DNA of 55,160 nucleotides from an uncultured Candidatus Saccharibacteria bacterium (lineage in GTDB: Bacteria > Patescibacteriota > Dojkabacteria > SC72): the NCBI GenBank assembly GCA_964449955.1, contig CAYVBS010000002.1:1-55160 (forward strand), in the 5' to 3' direction. The notes under the pieces are model-generated. The model saw only the letters and a list, made by a program, of their open reading frames with translations, had not been told where the DNA came from and did not search any database. The position numbers and the translations under genes were made by a program. Positions 24,735 to 34,578 of this stretch are shown one piece after another; position 1 is the first letter of the stretch; each line of letters begins with the position of its first letter.

Positions 24735-25829
24735 ATGAAAAAATTTTTACTAGCACTACTACTATTGTTAACTCCTGTTTCAGTATATGCTCAAAACAGT
24801 GGGCAGGAAGAATCTATTACCTACAAAGGGAGCGTTGCAGAGGTTAAGGAAGTACCCTGTGGTGAGATGCTAGATCCCAGTTCGAAGTGTTTTCAGTATG
24901 TTGTATATGTAGATGAATTGGAGGAGGAAGTAGAAACCATATCCTCTATGTCCGAAACTGGAGAGAGCAAATTTAAGATTGGGGACAAGGTATATATAGC
25001 TTCCGCAAGTAATGATATCGAGGGAGAGGTCTGGAGTATTTCTGGATTTATACGAGAAGGTAGCATCTTTATGATATTCGCTATCTTTGCTCTAATTGCA
25101 ATACTTGTAGCAGGTAAACAAGGTATTGCTTCTTTGCTTAGCTTAGCCATCACCATTGGCTTGATATATGGATGGGCAGTACCTAGGATGCTAGATGGTG
25201 GTAATATCATTCTTCTAGGATTAGTTACCGTAGCTGTTTCTCTTGTTATCAATATGTATCTCTCTCATGGCTTTAATCTAAAAGCTACAGTGTCGACAGT
25301 ATCAACTCTTGTAGGCATTGGTCTAGTTGCACTACTTGCCCTACTCTTCACAGCACTCATGCGAGTTGATGGAACCGGTAGTGAAGATGCCTTCATATTA
25401 ATGAGTCAAACAGGTGGAAGTATAGATTTAGGTGCTGTGTTTTTTGTAAGCATACTGATAGGTGCAATGGGAGTACTAGATGATGTAGTTATGAGTCAGG
25501 TATCCTCTATCCAAGAGATATATACTGCGAATCCGAAGTTAACCCCTGCACAACTATTTAAACAATCTATGAATATTGGTAGGGATCATATATCTACAAT
25601 GGTAAACACACTTTTCATTGCATATGCAGGTTCTAGTCTTGCATTGGTTATGCTACTTACCTACAACAGTGGAGGTGTGGGCAATATCTTGAGGATAGAT
25701 TCCATTGCAGAAGAAATAGTGAGAACAATGGCCGCTAGTCTTGGAATACTTCTAGTTGTTCCAATTGCTTCATTTTTAGCTTCTAATATCATCTATAGGA
25801 AAGGGAATACAATAAATAGGGAGTTCTGA
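24735..25829 (+). CDS. YibE/F-family integral membrane protein
   Basis: 364 aa. Signal peptide, soluble N-domain, then multiple TM spans with GAMGVLDDVVMSQVSSIQE, typical of YibE/F. Confidence 0.6.
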   Translation: MKKFLLALLLLLTPVSVYAQNSGQEESITYKGSVAEVKEVPCGEMLDPSSKCFQYVVYVDELEEEVETISSMSETGESKFKIGDKVYIASASNDIEGEVWSISGFIREGSIFMIFAIFALIAILVAGKQGIASLLSLAITIGLIYGWAVPRMLDGGNIILLGLVTVAVSLVINMYLSHGFNLKATVSTVSTLVGIGLVALLALLFTALMRVDGTGSEDAFILMSQTGGSIDLGAVFFVSILIGAMGVLDDVVMSQVSSIQEIYTANPKLTPAQLFKQSMNIGRDHISTMVNTLFIAYAGSSLALVMLLTYNSGGVGNILRIDSIAEEIVRTMAASLGILLVVPIASFLASNIIYRKGNTINREF

Positions 25830-25890
25830 TATAATAATTTAGACATTTAAGTTAAAAGCACTTAAATTAAAATATATTAGTTAAAAAGAC

Positions 25891-27036
25891 ATGATTCTTA
25901 ATATCGGTTCCCAATCTGTAGAACGAAAAGAAAGTAAATTATTAAAAGACTTAAGAGAAGTGAATAAGCTTAAAAGAGATAGTAATAAACCCGTAATAGT
26001 AATAGAGTTTTCTTGGCAAGTACTATTTGTATTGCTCATAGCTTTAGCCTTTATATTCTGGGGTAAGGAACTTGTAACAATTGGCATCTTTATCTTTGCT
26101 GCATTAGTAATTATGTCTGCTGCAAGACCAGTAGTTAGTTGGCTTATGCGTAGAAAGTTTAGTAAGGGATGGGCTGTAACAGTTACATATATGTTTGCGA
26201 TAGTAATTTTTTCTGCATTAATTTCTGCCGTTATCGTTCCCCTGATTAATCAAGTCGGAACCATAAGGGATACCTTGCCTGAATTAGTAGATCGTTTTGT
26301 TTCTGATTTTGATGGAATTAGTATAGGAGCATTTACAATTGACTCCACCACTATTACCAATATGACAGATGATTTCCTTCAGAACTTTTCTGTAACTGAT
26401 AGTTTTGCTAGCTTAGCAGGTACTGTTGGAAGTGTCTTTAGTTTCTCTACTATGTTTCTCGCTGCGATAGTGTTTTCCATATATATTCTACTAGATCATG
26501 ACAACCTACTAGATCTTGGTTTAACAAGAATTTCTTCTGATGATAGAAGAAAACGAGTTAAGAAGTTAGTAGTTGACCTAGAGAACAAACTGGGTGTATG
26601 GCTACTTGGACAAGCAACAGTTAGCGCTATCGCTGGAATTGTAATGGGCATAGCCCTGTCTCTCTTTGGAGTACCCTTTGCGCTTCCCTTGGCTGTATTT
26701 ATTGCTTTAATGGATGCTATCCCTAGTATTGGTGCCACTATTGCCACCATTCCTGTCTTCATAATTGCATTAATTGCAAATGGTCCACTTACAGCTCTTC
26801 TTGTTGTAATCATCTTTATAGCCTACCAGCAGATAGAGAATACGTTCATTAGTCCCAAAATTATGGGTAATGCAGTAGGAATCAAACCCGTATTTATACT
26901 ACTGATTGCAGTATCCTTCCTCATTCTCTTTGGAGTGTGGGGTGCACTGCTTGCAGTTCCAATTGTTGCCATAATACAGATTTTCTATGAGTTCTACATA
27001 GACTTGCAAAAACTTGAAGCTAAAGGTAGCATCTAG
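25891..27036 (+). CDS. AI-2E family transporter (PerM/UPF0118)
   Basis: 381 aa, polytopic. LGQATVSAIAGIVMGIALSLFGVPFALPLAVFIALMDAIPSIGATIA matches the family core. Confidence 0.7.
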   Translation: MILNIGSQSVERKESKLLKDLREVNKLKRDSNKPVIVIEFSWQVLFVLLIALAFIFWGKELVTIGIFIFAALVIMSAARPVVSWLMRRKFSKGWAVTVTYMFAIVIFSALISAVIVPLINQVGTIRDTLPELVDRFVSDFDGISIGAFTIDSTTITNMTDDFLQNFSVTDSFASLAGTVGSVFSFSTMFLAAIVFSIYILLDHDNLLDLGLTRISSDDRRKRVKKLVVDLENKLGVWLLGQATVSAIAGIVMGIALSLFGVPFALPLAVFIALMDAIPSIGATIATIPVFIIALIANGPLTALLVVIIFIAYQQIENTFISPKIMGNAVGIKPVFILLIAVSFLILFGVWGALLAVPIVAIIQIFYEFYIDLQKLEAKGSI

Positions 27037-27061
27037 TAACTAATATAACTGCCCGTTGTGA

Positions 27062-29659
27062 ATGTCTGATACTAGTGGAAAATCAAAAAGATTTGTTTAC
27101 TTCTGGGAAGATCATCAGTTTCGAAATCTGCGTGAATCTACTGTTGGAAGAAAGGGTTTGAGTCTTTTTGAGTTGAAAGATATGGATATTCCCATTCCTG
27201 AATTTTTTGTAATATCCTCTACTCTCTTCGATAACGTCATATCTCAATCTCTGGAAAGAGATGTTGAAAAGATGTTAGAGAAAAATCGTAATCCTGAGGA
27301 AGATGAGGTTCTAAAAAGTATATTAAAAACAGATGTTGGGAAAGAGGCTGAGGAAGAGATACGTTCTGCATATACTCGAATATCTGGTTTTACAGATGCT
27401 TGGGTATCTGTCCGCTCTTCTGTTGTATTTCCTTCTGTTCCTGATGTGTCTTTTAGTGGTGTGTTTGCAACAGAGTTAAATGTTAGGGGTGTAAACAATC
27501 TACTAGAATCTGTTAAGAAGATATATGCATCCTGCTTTACTGATGATGTGGTTGCATATGCTGCTGCCAAGGGTATTAATTTGGCAGATGTAAAGCTGTC
27601 TGTAGTTGTACAGAAAATGGTACAGGCAGAGGTGTCCGGTGTAGTATTTACAGTGGATCCAATTACTCAAGACCCTACTAAGTTAAGTATTGAAGCTGTA
27701 TTTGGGTTGGGTGACACCATTGCTTTGGGAGAGTTAACACCAGATACATATCTACTTAACAAAAGGGATATATCTTTAATTGAAAAGCATGTATCTCCCC
27801 AAGAATGGATGAAAGTTAGAACAATGGGTAGAGGTAGTAAAGGAGGTGTCGAGAAGATAAAGATCTCTAGTAACTGGAGTCATATGCAGAAGTTAGAAGA
27901 GAAGTATTTAAAGGAGATATCTAAGATAGCGTTGATCGTAGAGAGTAAGGCTAGGAGAGCTCAAAGTTTGGAGTGGGTATTAGCAGGGGGAAAGGTTTGG
28001 GTACTTCAGAGTAAAGATTTGTATGAAAAGCATACAGAGAATACTGTTTCTGTAGTTAATAGTAAAGAGTTTGATACCCTGGGTGAGGTTTTAAGACTCT
28101 CTGCAGAGAAATATGCAGGTATTGGTCTCATTGAAAGTAAAGCGGTAGATCATGCCAAGCGGATTGTTAATAGTAATAGGCATGAATATGATGGTATGAC
28201 CGAGAAGTTGGTAAATGTTGCTAAGGTTAAGAGTACTACTCCTGCTCCTCAATCCACCCCTATGCTTAATAGAGACAACTTTGTACTCTCTGGAATAGGT
28301 GCCAGTTTTGGTACAGTAACAGGACGTGCAATAGTTTTAGAGAAAGACAAAGCGATTGAGGTTACAAAGAATGATATTCTTGTGATCCGTGAGTATGCAT
28401 CTGAAATGGAATCCCTAATTGTTAAGGCTGGTGGTGTGATCATGGATGTTGGTGGTGTAACTAGTGATACTGCAATACTGTGCAGGGAGTTTAATATACC
28501 GGCTGTGGTTGGGGTTGGTACTGCATCCTCCGCTATACATAATGGCGATATTGTAAGGGTGGATGGAAATGCGGGCAGTATATACAAGGAAAGTAATCTA
28601 AAGGTTAAGGAGGAATTCAAGGAGAATATTCAAAGCAAAGTACACCCAGTTGTTGAAGCGTACAAGGAGGAGAATCTGTCGGGGATTGATCTCCTAAAAG
28701 GCGAAGAGGAGGAGAAAGTTGAGGCTGTTGATAGGGGTGAAAGTAAGGAAATCTCTGTACTTAAAATTCCCCATGATGTTTCCCTACCACCTTCTGCTAC
28801 TAAAGTATTTACATACTCTAATTTGGAGTATGAGAAGTTAATTGATTATGTTGGGAATTCTCACGGAATTGTCTATGTGGATTTGGATAAGGTAATGCTT
28901 GAAGATGGAAGGCATATGCTTGCGTATGTAGAAGACAAGAAGTTTGTAGAATATGCAAAGGATATCTCAGAGAAGGTCTGCAGATATATAGATCTGGCTG
29001 AGGGTAACCAGGTAGTTCTCTCAATTGGTTCACAGAAGGTTAAGGAGTTTAGAGGATTGGTTAAGGGTAAACTTGAGAATCAAGAGCTAGATGATTCTGT
29101 ATATGGTTTAACCAGATATCTTAAGAACAAAGAATATCTTAACAGGGTATTAAAGATCGTGCGAAGGATTAGGAATGTTCACAAAAAGAGAAATGTTGAT
29201 ATTGCTGTTCATTCTCCTATGAATGGTACTTTTATGAAAGATTTTAAGAAGAGCCTTTCTGCAAATGGATTAAGAAGAACAAACACTTTCAGAGTTTATG
29301 CAATACTAGATAATCCCACAGAGATCATTATGGCTGACGATATCTTGGAAGCAAAAATAGATGGAGTAATTCTGAATATGCCAAGAGTCGTACGTGTAAT
29401 GCAGGGCTTTGATATGGACAATGAGAGTGCTAGATATGACCTGGGTGTAAACAGCGCCTTCAAGATTGTAGATACTGTTGTGGATATATCTCGCCCATAT
29501 GATAAGCATGTCATCGTTATATCCGAGAACAACAAAGCCTTAATTAAGTACAGTGTGCAAAAAGGAGTATATGGAGTATCCGTGTTTGCAGAAGATATCA
29601 AAGAGAGCCGTAGACTGGTGTCTGAGGAAGAAGCAAAAGTAATACTGGGTACTAAATAA
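27062..29659 (+). CDS. PEP synthase / pyruvate phosphate dikinase-like protein with the phospho-carrier His replaced by Asp
   Basis: 865 aa. PPDK_N-type ATP-grasp (VSVRSS..., VSFSGVFATELNVRG, VVVQKMVQAEVSGVVFTVDP). Swivel domain GGVTSDTAILCREFNIPAVVG versus canonical GG.T.HAAI.ARE.GIPAVVG; the Asp codon is GAT at 28466-28468. The C-terminal domain lacks a recognisable NDL.Q or catalytic Cys motif. Confidence 0.65.
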   Translation: MSDTSGKSKRFVYFWEDHQFRNLRESTVGRKGLSLFELKDMDIPIPEFFVISSTLFDNVISQSLERDVEKMLEKNRNPEEDEVLKSILKTDVGKEAEEEIRSAYTRISGFTDAWVSVRSSVVFPSVPDVSFSGVFATELNVRGVNNLLESVKKIYASCFTDDVVAYAAAKGINLADVKLSVVVQKMVQAEVSGVVFTVDPITQDPTKLSIEAVFGLGDTIALGELTPDTYLLNKRDISLIEKHVSPQEWMKVRTMGRGSKGGVEKIKISSNWSHMQKLEEKYLKEISKIALIVESKARRAQSLEWVLAGGKVWVLQSKDLYEKHTENTVSVVNSKEFDTLGEVLRLSAEKYAGIGLIESKAVDHAKRIVNSNRHEYDGMTEKLVNVAKVKSTTPAPQSTPMLNRDNFVLSGIGASFGTVTGRAIVLEKDKAIEVTKNDILVIREYASEMESLIVKAGGVIMDVGGVTSDTAILCREFNIPAVVGVGTASSAIHNGDIVRVDGNAGSIYKESNLKVKEEFKENIQSKVHPVVEAYKEENLSGIDLLKGEEEEKVEAVDRGESKEISVLKIPHDVSLPPSATKVFTYSNLEYEKLIDYVGNSHGIVYVDLDKVMLEDGRHMLAYVEDKKFVEYAKDISEKVCRYIDLAEGNQVVLSIGSQKVKEFRGLVKGKLENQELDDSVYGLTRYLKNKEYLNRVLKIVRRIRNVHKKRNVDIAVHSPMNGTFMKDFKKSLSANGLRRTNTFRVYAILDNPTEIIMADDILEAKIDGVILNMPRVVRVMQGFDMDNESARYDLGVNSAFKIVDTVVDISRPYDKHVIVISENNKALIKYSVQKGVYGVSVFAEDIKESRRLVSEEEAKVILGTK

Positions 29660-29698
29660 TAAGTTGTTCTCCACTCTTTTCCCTGTTAAACTATAGGT

Positions 29699-29714
29699 GT
29701 AACCCCGGGGTTAC
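29699..29714. repeat. palindromic GC-rich element, copy 2 (GTAACCCCGGGGTTAC)
   Basis: Perfect 16-nt palindrome 40 nt after the stop of 27062-29659, with flanks similar to copy 1. Confidence 0.5.
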
Positions 29715-29775
29715 CAGTATGGCATGTTGTCGATGAGAATCGATATACCTGGGGTATATATTTACACTTAACACT

Positions 29776-32397
29776 ATGGCAGAGAACTTAAAAGAGACTC
29801 CTATGATGAGTCAGTATATTAAATTTAAGAAACAGTATCCGGACAAGATCGTACTTTTTAGGATGGGGGACTTCTTTGAGACCTTTGGTGATGATGCAAA
29901 GCTGACTTCTAAGATATTAAATATTACATTGACTACAAGGGATAAGAATACCAACCCTACTCCCCTGGCCGGATTTCCTCACAAAGCACTTGAACAGTAT
30001 CTTCCGAAGATAATAAATGCTGGGTACTGTGCGGTAATTGTAGATCAACTAGAAGATCCAAGACTTGCAAAGGGTATTGTTAAGCGTGGAGTAACACGTA
30101 TAGTGACTCCTGGAACTTTAGATGGGGACAATGCTGTATCGGTTAAGAATTCATACTTGGTAGCATTCTTTAAAGAGAAGAAAGAACTAGGTGCTACACT
30201 TTGTGATCTCTCTACAGGAGAGTTCATGTGGATTGAGACTACATACAGTGAGAACTCAATATCTTCTATACTCTCTTCCTATGAACCCCAAGAGGTACTT
30301 CTGCTTGAGAGTGAGAAGGATATTAGGGTTGGAAATTTACCAGTTCAGTTTGTTGAAAAGGGTATAAACAATAGTAAGTATGCTACTGAAGTAATAAAAG
30401 AATTTTTTAATATCCAGAATCTGAATTCTCTAGGAATTGCTGAGAAACACTGTGCTACAAGAGCCATAGCTATGGTCATTAAGTATGTTGAAGAGACTCA
30501 GCTCATGAACCCAAAGCACATACAGAAACCAAAAAGAATCAACTTGAATGGCACTATGAATCTGGATAGATCGACTGTAAGAAATTTGGAATTAGTAGCT
30601 AGTGCATACAGTGGAGATCCTAAAGAATCACTCTTCGGTGTGATTGATAAAACCTGTACCCCTATGGGAAAGAGATTACTCTACTCTTGGGTACTTAACC
30701 CTTTAATTGATAGAAAGGATATTAATGAAAGGTTGGAGATTGTAGAGAAGTTTACTAGTAATACGGATATCTTAGAGAAAGTAAGAGTACAGTTAGATGG
30801 AGTTAATGATATAGAAAGGATTGTTGGGAAGATAGGGTTAAATAGAGCTAATGCTAGAGACTTGAAAGCATTACAGATATCCTTGGAGAGTATAAAGGAA
30901 TTGAATAGTATACTAAGCTCTCTGGAGGGTCTAAACAGATATCTTGAGGTATATAACGCTACTATAGATACCATTATTCAAATGATAAGTGAGAGTATTG
31001 TAGATAACCCTCCCCTATCAGTAACTGAAGGCCATATAATTAGGTCGGAGTTTAATAAGGAGGTTGAAGAATTAAGAACTCTGACAGGAGATAGTAAGAG
31101 CTGGATTAAAGAGTTTGAAGAGAAGGAGAAACAGAGTACTTCAATACCTAGTTTAAAGATTGGTTTTAACAAAGTTTTTGGCTATTACATTGAAGTCACA
31201 AAGGCTCATCAACAGAAGGTCCCTGATAGATATATTCGTAAACAGACATTAGTTAATAGTGAGAGATATATTACACAGGAGCTTAAAGATAGGGAAAGTA
31301 TAATACTTAATGCTGAGGAAAAACTTTTTGAGCTCGAGTATAAACTGTTTGAAGAGTTTCGTAACTCGCTTGTACAGTACATATCTTTGTTACAGAATCT
31401 TTCTCGTGATATTGCTAAGCTAGATATACTAGCTGGATTTGCATATCTATCTATTCAATCTAATTACTGTCGCCCTGAGATCTATGATATGGGTGAGAAG
31501 AATGGAATACTTAGAATTGAGGGTGGAAGACATCCTGTTGTAGAGAGTATTACCCAGGAAGAGTTTATATCTAATGATACATACTTAGATTCAGAGCAGG
31601 CTTCTATGGCGATTCTTACTGGTCCCAATATGTCAGGTAAGTCTACGTATATAAGGCAGGTGGCTAGTATAGTTCTACTTGCACAGATAGGTTGTTTTGT
31701 TCCTGCTAAAAGAGCAGAGATCTCTATAGCGGATAGGATATTTACCAGGGTTGGAGCATCCGATGATCTGTCCCGTGGAAGAAGTACTTTTATGGTAGAG
31801 ATGGATGAAGCTGCTAACATTGTAAACAATGCTACTAAGTACAGCCTTATTGTGCTGGATGAAGTAGGACGTGGTACAAGCACCTATGATGGAGTAAGTA
31901 TAGCGTGGGCACTAGCTGAATATCTAGTTAAGGATCTTAAAGCACGAACTCTATTTGCTACTCACTATCACGAATTGCTCAAATTATCAGAAAGAATCCC
32001 AAATCGAGTTAAGAATTACAATGTTTTAGTTGAAGAGGATCTTGAGGAGGGTACTGTAATATTTCTGCGTAAGATTGTAGAGGGTGGAACAGACAGAAGC
32101 TATGGAATATATGTTGCTAAGATGGCAGGACTTCCAGAGAAGGTTATAAAGAGGGCGAATGAGATTCTAGAGAGTTTTGAACAGGAGCAAATGTTTACAG
32201 AGGATAATAATGTAAGGGAATCTGGAATACTAAGTGTGAAGGATGTAGAAAGTGAAGATATTAAAAGTGCATACCAGTTTCCTTTGTTTACTGCTCAGAA
32301 CTCAGAGATAGAGAAAGAGATACAATCTCTTGATCTAGATAAATTGACTCCACTCGAAGCATTAAACAAGATTGCTGAATGGAAGAAGAAAATCTAG
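29776..32397 (+). CDS. mutS: DNA mismatch repair protein MutS
   Basis: 873 aa. TPMMSQY...FYRMGDFFE-type N-terminus, Walker A GPNMSGKST, DEVGRGTSTYDG, FATHYHEL. Confidence 0.95.
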   Translation: MAENLKETPMMSQYIKFKKQYPDKIVLFRMGDFFETFGDDAKLTSKILNITLTTRDKNTNPTPLAGFPHKALEQYLPKIINAGYCAVIVDQLEDPRLAKGIVKRGVTRIVTPGTLDGDNAVSVKNSYLVAFFKEKKELGATLCDLSTGEFMWIETTYSENSISSILSSYEPQEVLLLESEKDIRVGNLPVQFVEKGINNSKYATEVIKEFFNIQNLNSLGIAEKHCATRAIAMVIKYVEETQLMNPKHIQKPKRINLNGTMNLDRSTVRNLELVASAYSGDPKESLFGVIDKTCTPMGKRLLYSWVLNPLIDRKDINERLEIVEKFTSNTDILEKVRVQLDGVNDIERIVGKIGLNRANARDLKALQISLESIKELNSILSSLEGLNRYLEVYNATIDTIIQMISESIVDNPPLSVTEGHIIRSEFNKEVEELRTLTGDSKSWIKEFEEKEKQSTSIPSLKIGFNKVFGYYIEVTKAHQQKVPDRYIRKQTLVNSERYITQELKDRESIILNAEEKLFELEYKLFEEFRNSLVQYISLLQNLSRDIAKLDILAGFAYLSIQSNYCRPEIYDMGEKNGILRIEGGRHPVVESITQEEFISNDTYLDSEQASMAILTGPNMSGKSTYIRQVASIVLLAQIGCFVPAKRAEISIADRIFTRVGASDDLSRGRSTFMVEMDEAANIVNNATKYSLIVLDEVGRGTSTYDGVSIAWALAEYLVKDLKARTLFATHYHELLKLSERIPNRVKNYNVLVEEDLEEGTVIFLRKIVEGGTDRSYGIYVAKMAGLPEKVIKRANEILESFEQEQMFTEDNNVRESGILSVKDVESEDIKSAYQFPLFTAQNSEIEKEIQSLDLDKLTPLEALNKIAEWKKKI

Positions 32398-33062
32398 GTT
32401 ATATAATAGCCTGCTCCATATTTACTATGTATTAGATTGAATCCTGTTATATATCTTATCTTCTTTTTTAAACGTGATACCATCATGACCATAGCTTTAC
32501 TGTTATATTCTTCCCCTGACTGATTCTTAATATATGATATGAGTTGATCTTTTTTAGCAAAACCATCGTTTTCAATTAGGTATTGTAAGAAGATATTCTC
32601 TTTGTATGTAAGTCTGATCTTATAATTTTTAAAATACAGATCCCCTTTGTATTTATCGAGATATATATCCTCTATATTACTAATGTATATATTTGTATGA
32701 ATATGGAAGTTGAGTAATCGGCTAATTCTGCAGAAGAGATCGTTTTCGTTAAAGTTCTCTTCGATTATATAGTCATCTAGGCCGTAATCAAGGAATTTCA
32801 TGATCGTGTGAGTATCATTGGGTAATATCTGTAGGACTTTTATATTGGATATTACAAGTTTACATTGGTGGATGAAATAGAAACAATCAGAACTAATATG
32901 TTCAGTATTAATACAGAGAAGGTCTATGTGTTCATTGTTAAGTATATCTAGGGATTCTTTAAGAGTGCTTACTTTATACACTATCGGATGGAGAGGATGT
33001 TGGGGGATTATATCTTGAAGTAGAGGGGTATCTTCAATTATAAGGACAGTTTTTTTGTTAAT
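32394..33062 (-). CDS. OmpR/PhoB-type response regulator with an atypical receiver (Asn at the phospho-acceptor position); probable non-canonical start
   Basis: The track ORF starts at GTG 32981, but the same frame upstream encodes NKKTVLIIEDTPLLQDII (receiver beta1 plus acidic pair). There is no ATG/GTG/TTG back to the hisS stop, so I extended to ATT 33062-33060. IDLLCINTE replaces the usual DLvllD. The C-terminal winged helix has LTYKENIFLQYLIEN...VSRLKKKI. Confidence 0.6.
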   Translation of the reverse strand: MNKKTVLIIEDTPLLQDIIPQHPLHPIVYKVSTLKESLDILNNEHIDLLCINTEHISSDCFYFIHQCKLVISNIKVLQILPNDTHTIMKFLDYGLDDYIIEENFNENDLFCRISRLLNFHIHTNIYISNIEDIYLDKYKGDLYFKNYKIRLTYKENIFLQYLIENDGFAKKDQLISYIKNQSGEEYNSKAMVMMVSRLKKKIRYITGFNLIHSKYGAGYYIT

Positions 33063-33083
33063 ATTAAGAAAGAAGTTAAGTAA

Positions 33084-34388
33084 TTATTCCTTTTGGCTTT
33101 TTACTCTTTCTAATATGTTCTCAACTGGTACTGTTACTTCTTCTCTGGTTAACATATTCTTTAGATTTACAACGCCATCCTTTATCTCCTCGTCTCCCAT
33201 TACTACTACCCATGGAATTCCCTTCTTGTCAGCATATTTAAGTTGGTTTCCAAGCTTTGTTTCAGTTAGCTGCATCTCAGTATTTAGTCCCTCTTCTCTT
33301 AGTTGTTGTGCTACTTTTACAGTATCCGTATACAAAGTTGAGCTCATTAATGTTACAAATATTTCTGTATTTGTTCTTGATTGAGGAAGTAGATTGTATG
33401 TTCTAAGATAGTCTTCTGTAGTAATGTCTCCCCATCCTAGACCAAATGCTGGTAGAGTCTCTTCGTTAAAGATAGAGAGTAAGTCGTCATATCTTCCACC
33501 TCCAAACAGTGCTCTTGGATTCTCTCTGCTTCCCACATCAAACATCTCTATAACTGTGCCTGTGTAGTACTGTAATCCTCTAACTACTGAGGGATCAAAC
33601 TTAATATTTTCAATACCTAACTGCTCTGCTTCTGTAAATAGCTCTAGTAATTGGTCTGCCCCCTTTGATATATCTTGGAGATCTCTTAAATCATCTAAAC
33701 TCCAGTTTAAGAAATCAGTGATCTTGTTGATCTGTTGATCTGTTAGCCCTATCTCTTTGAGGTATGCTTCAAAGTTACTACTTTCCATTTTAGAATAGTT
33801 GTCAATTGCTCGACTTACTAAGACTTTCTGTGAGTCAGATAGCTGTAAGATATCGTTTAAGAGATACTCTAGTAGATACCTGTTGTTAATCTTAAGTTCG
33901 TATGTGTTCTTTGGAGCTTTAAACTCTTCCATTACAGCCATGACAAACTGTATTATCTCCAGCTCAGCCTCTACTGTTGCTACACCTAATATATCTATAT
34001 TTAATTGGAAGAACTCTCTTTTTCTACCTTTCTGAGGTTTCTCGTATCTATAATATCTACCGATATTAAACCACCTTATTGGTGTGGTAAGTTCATTTCT
34101 TTTTGCTGCGATCATTCTAGCTAACGAGGGAGTCATTTCGGGTCTTAATGCGATTTCTCTTCCCCCTTTATCTGTAAAACTGTACAGTTGATTGTTTGCT
34201 ATCTCATCTCCAGACTTGACCCTGTAAAGTTGGGCCTCTTCAATTAATGGAGTGTCATACTCCTCATATCCAAACTTTTTTGCAACCTTTGTCCAAATAT
34301 CAAAGATATATCTTCGATTTATCATATCCTGCGGGTACGTATCGGTAGTGCCTTTGTACGGAGTAGTTGAGAGTTTTTTGTTTTCCAT
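33084..34388 (-). CDS. hisS: histidyl-tRNA synthetase
   Basis: 434 aa. Class II motifs (LRPEMT, YRYEKPQKGRKREF, GGGRYD) and a C-terminal anticodon-binding domain. Confidence 0.9.
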   Translation of the reverse strand: MENKKLSTTPYKGTTDTYPQDMINRRYIFDIWTKVAKKFGYEEYDTPLIEEAQLYRVKSGDEIANNQLYSFTDKGGREIALRPEMTPSLARMIAAKRNELTTPIRWFNIGRYYRYEKPQKGRKREFFQLNIDILGVATVEAELEIIQFVMAVMEEFKAPKNTYELKINNRYLLEYLLNDILQLSDSQKVLVSRAIDNYSKMESSNFEAYLKEIGLTDQQINKITDFLNWSLDDLRDLQDISKGADQLLELFTEAEQLGIENIKFDPSVVRGLQYYTGTVIEMFDVGSRENPRALFGGGRYDDLLSIFNEETLPAFGLGWGDITTEDYLRTYNLLPQSRTNTEIFVTLMSSTLYTDTVKVAQQLREEGLNTEMQLTETKLGNQLKYADKKGIPWVVVMGDEEIKDGVVNLKNMLTREEVTVPVENILERVKSQKE

Positions 34389-34578
34389 AATGATTGATTA
34401 TATACCATTAAGTACGGATTATAAAATATTCTACCCCTACTCTGTTGGATAATAGTGCTAACAAAGCGTTCTTGTCGACGCGGGTCTACCTTGAGGTTGA
34501 ATATTGGGGGTAAATAATATATATTGGGGTGAGTGTAATTTGAGAATAAAGTGGGTGTGTAGTGCACCAGAAAATACT

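Noticed and set aside
34389-34578. A T-box riboswitch upstream of hisS. On the minus strand GGTAGACCCGCG resembles the T-box core GGTGGTACCGCG at 9/12 and is followed by GCGT...ACGC TTTGTT. Two ATATTGGGG direct repeats are also present.
   Set aside because: The region is under 200 nt and pyrimidine-rich 5' of the match. It has no recognisable Stem I, specifier loop or AG-bulge elements, and the putative terminator has only a 4-bp stem. The G-rich repeats may belong to the divergent PBP promoter, but I cannot support a specific call.
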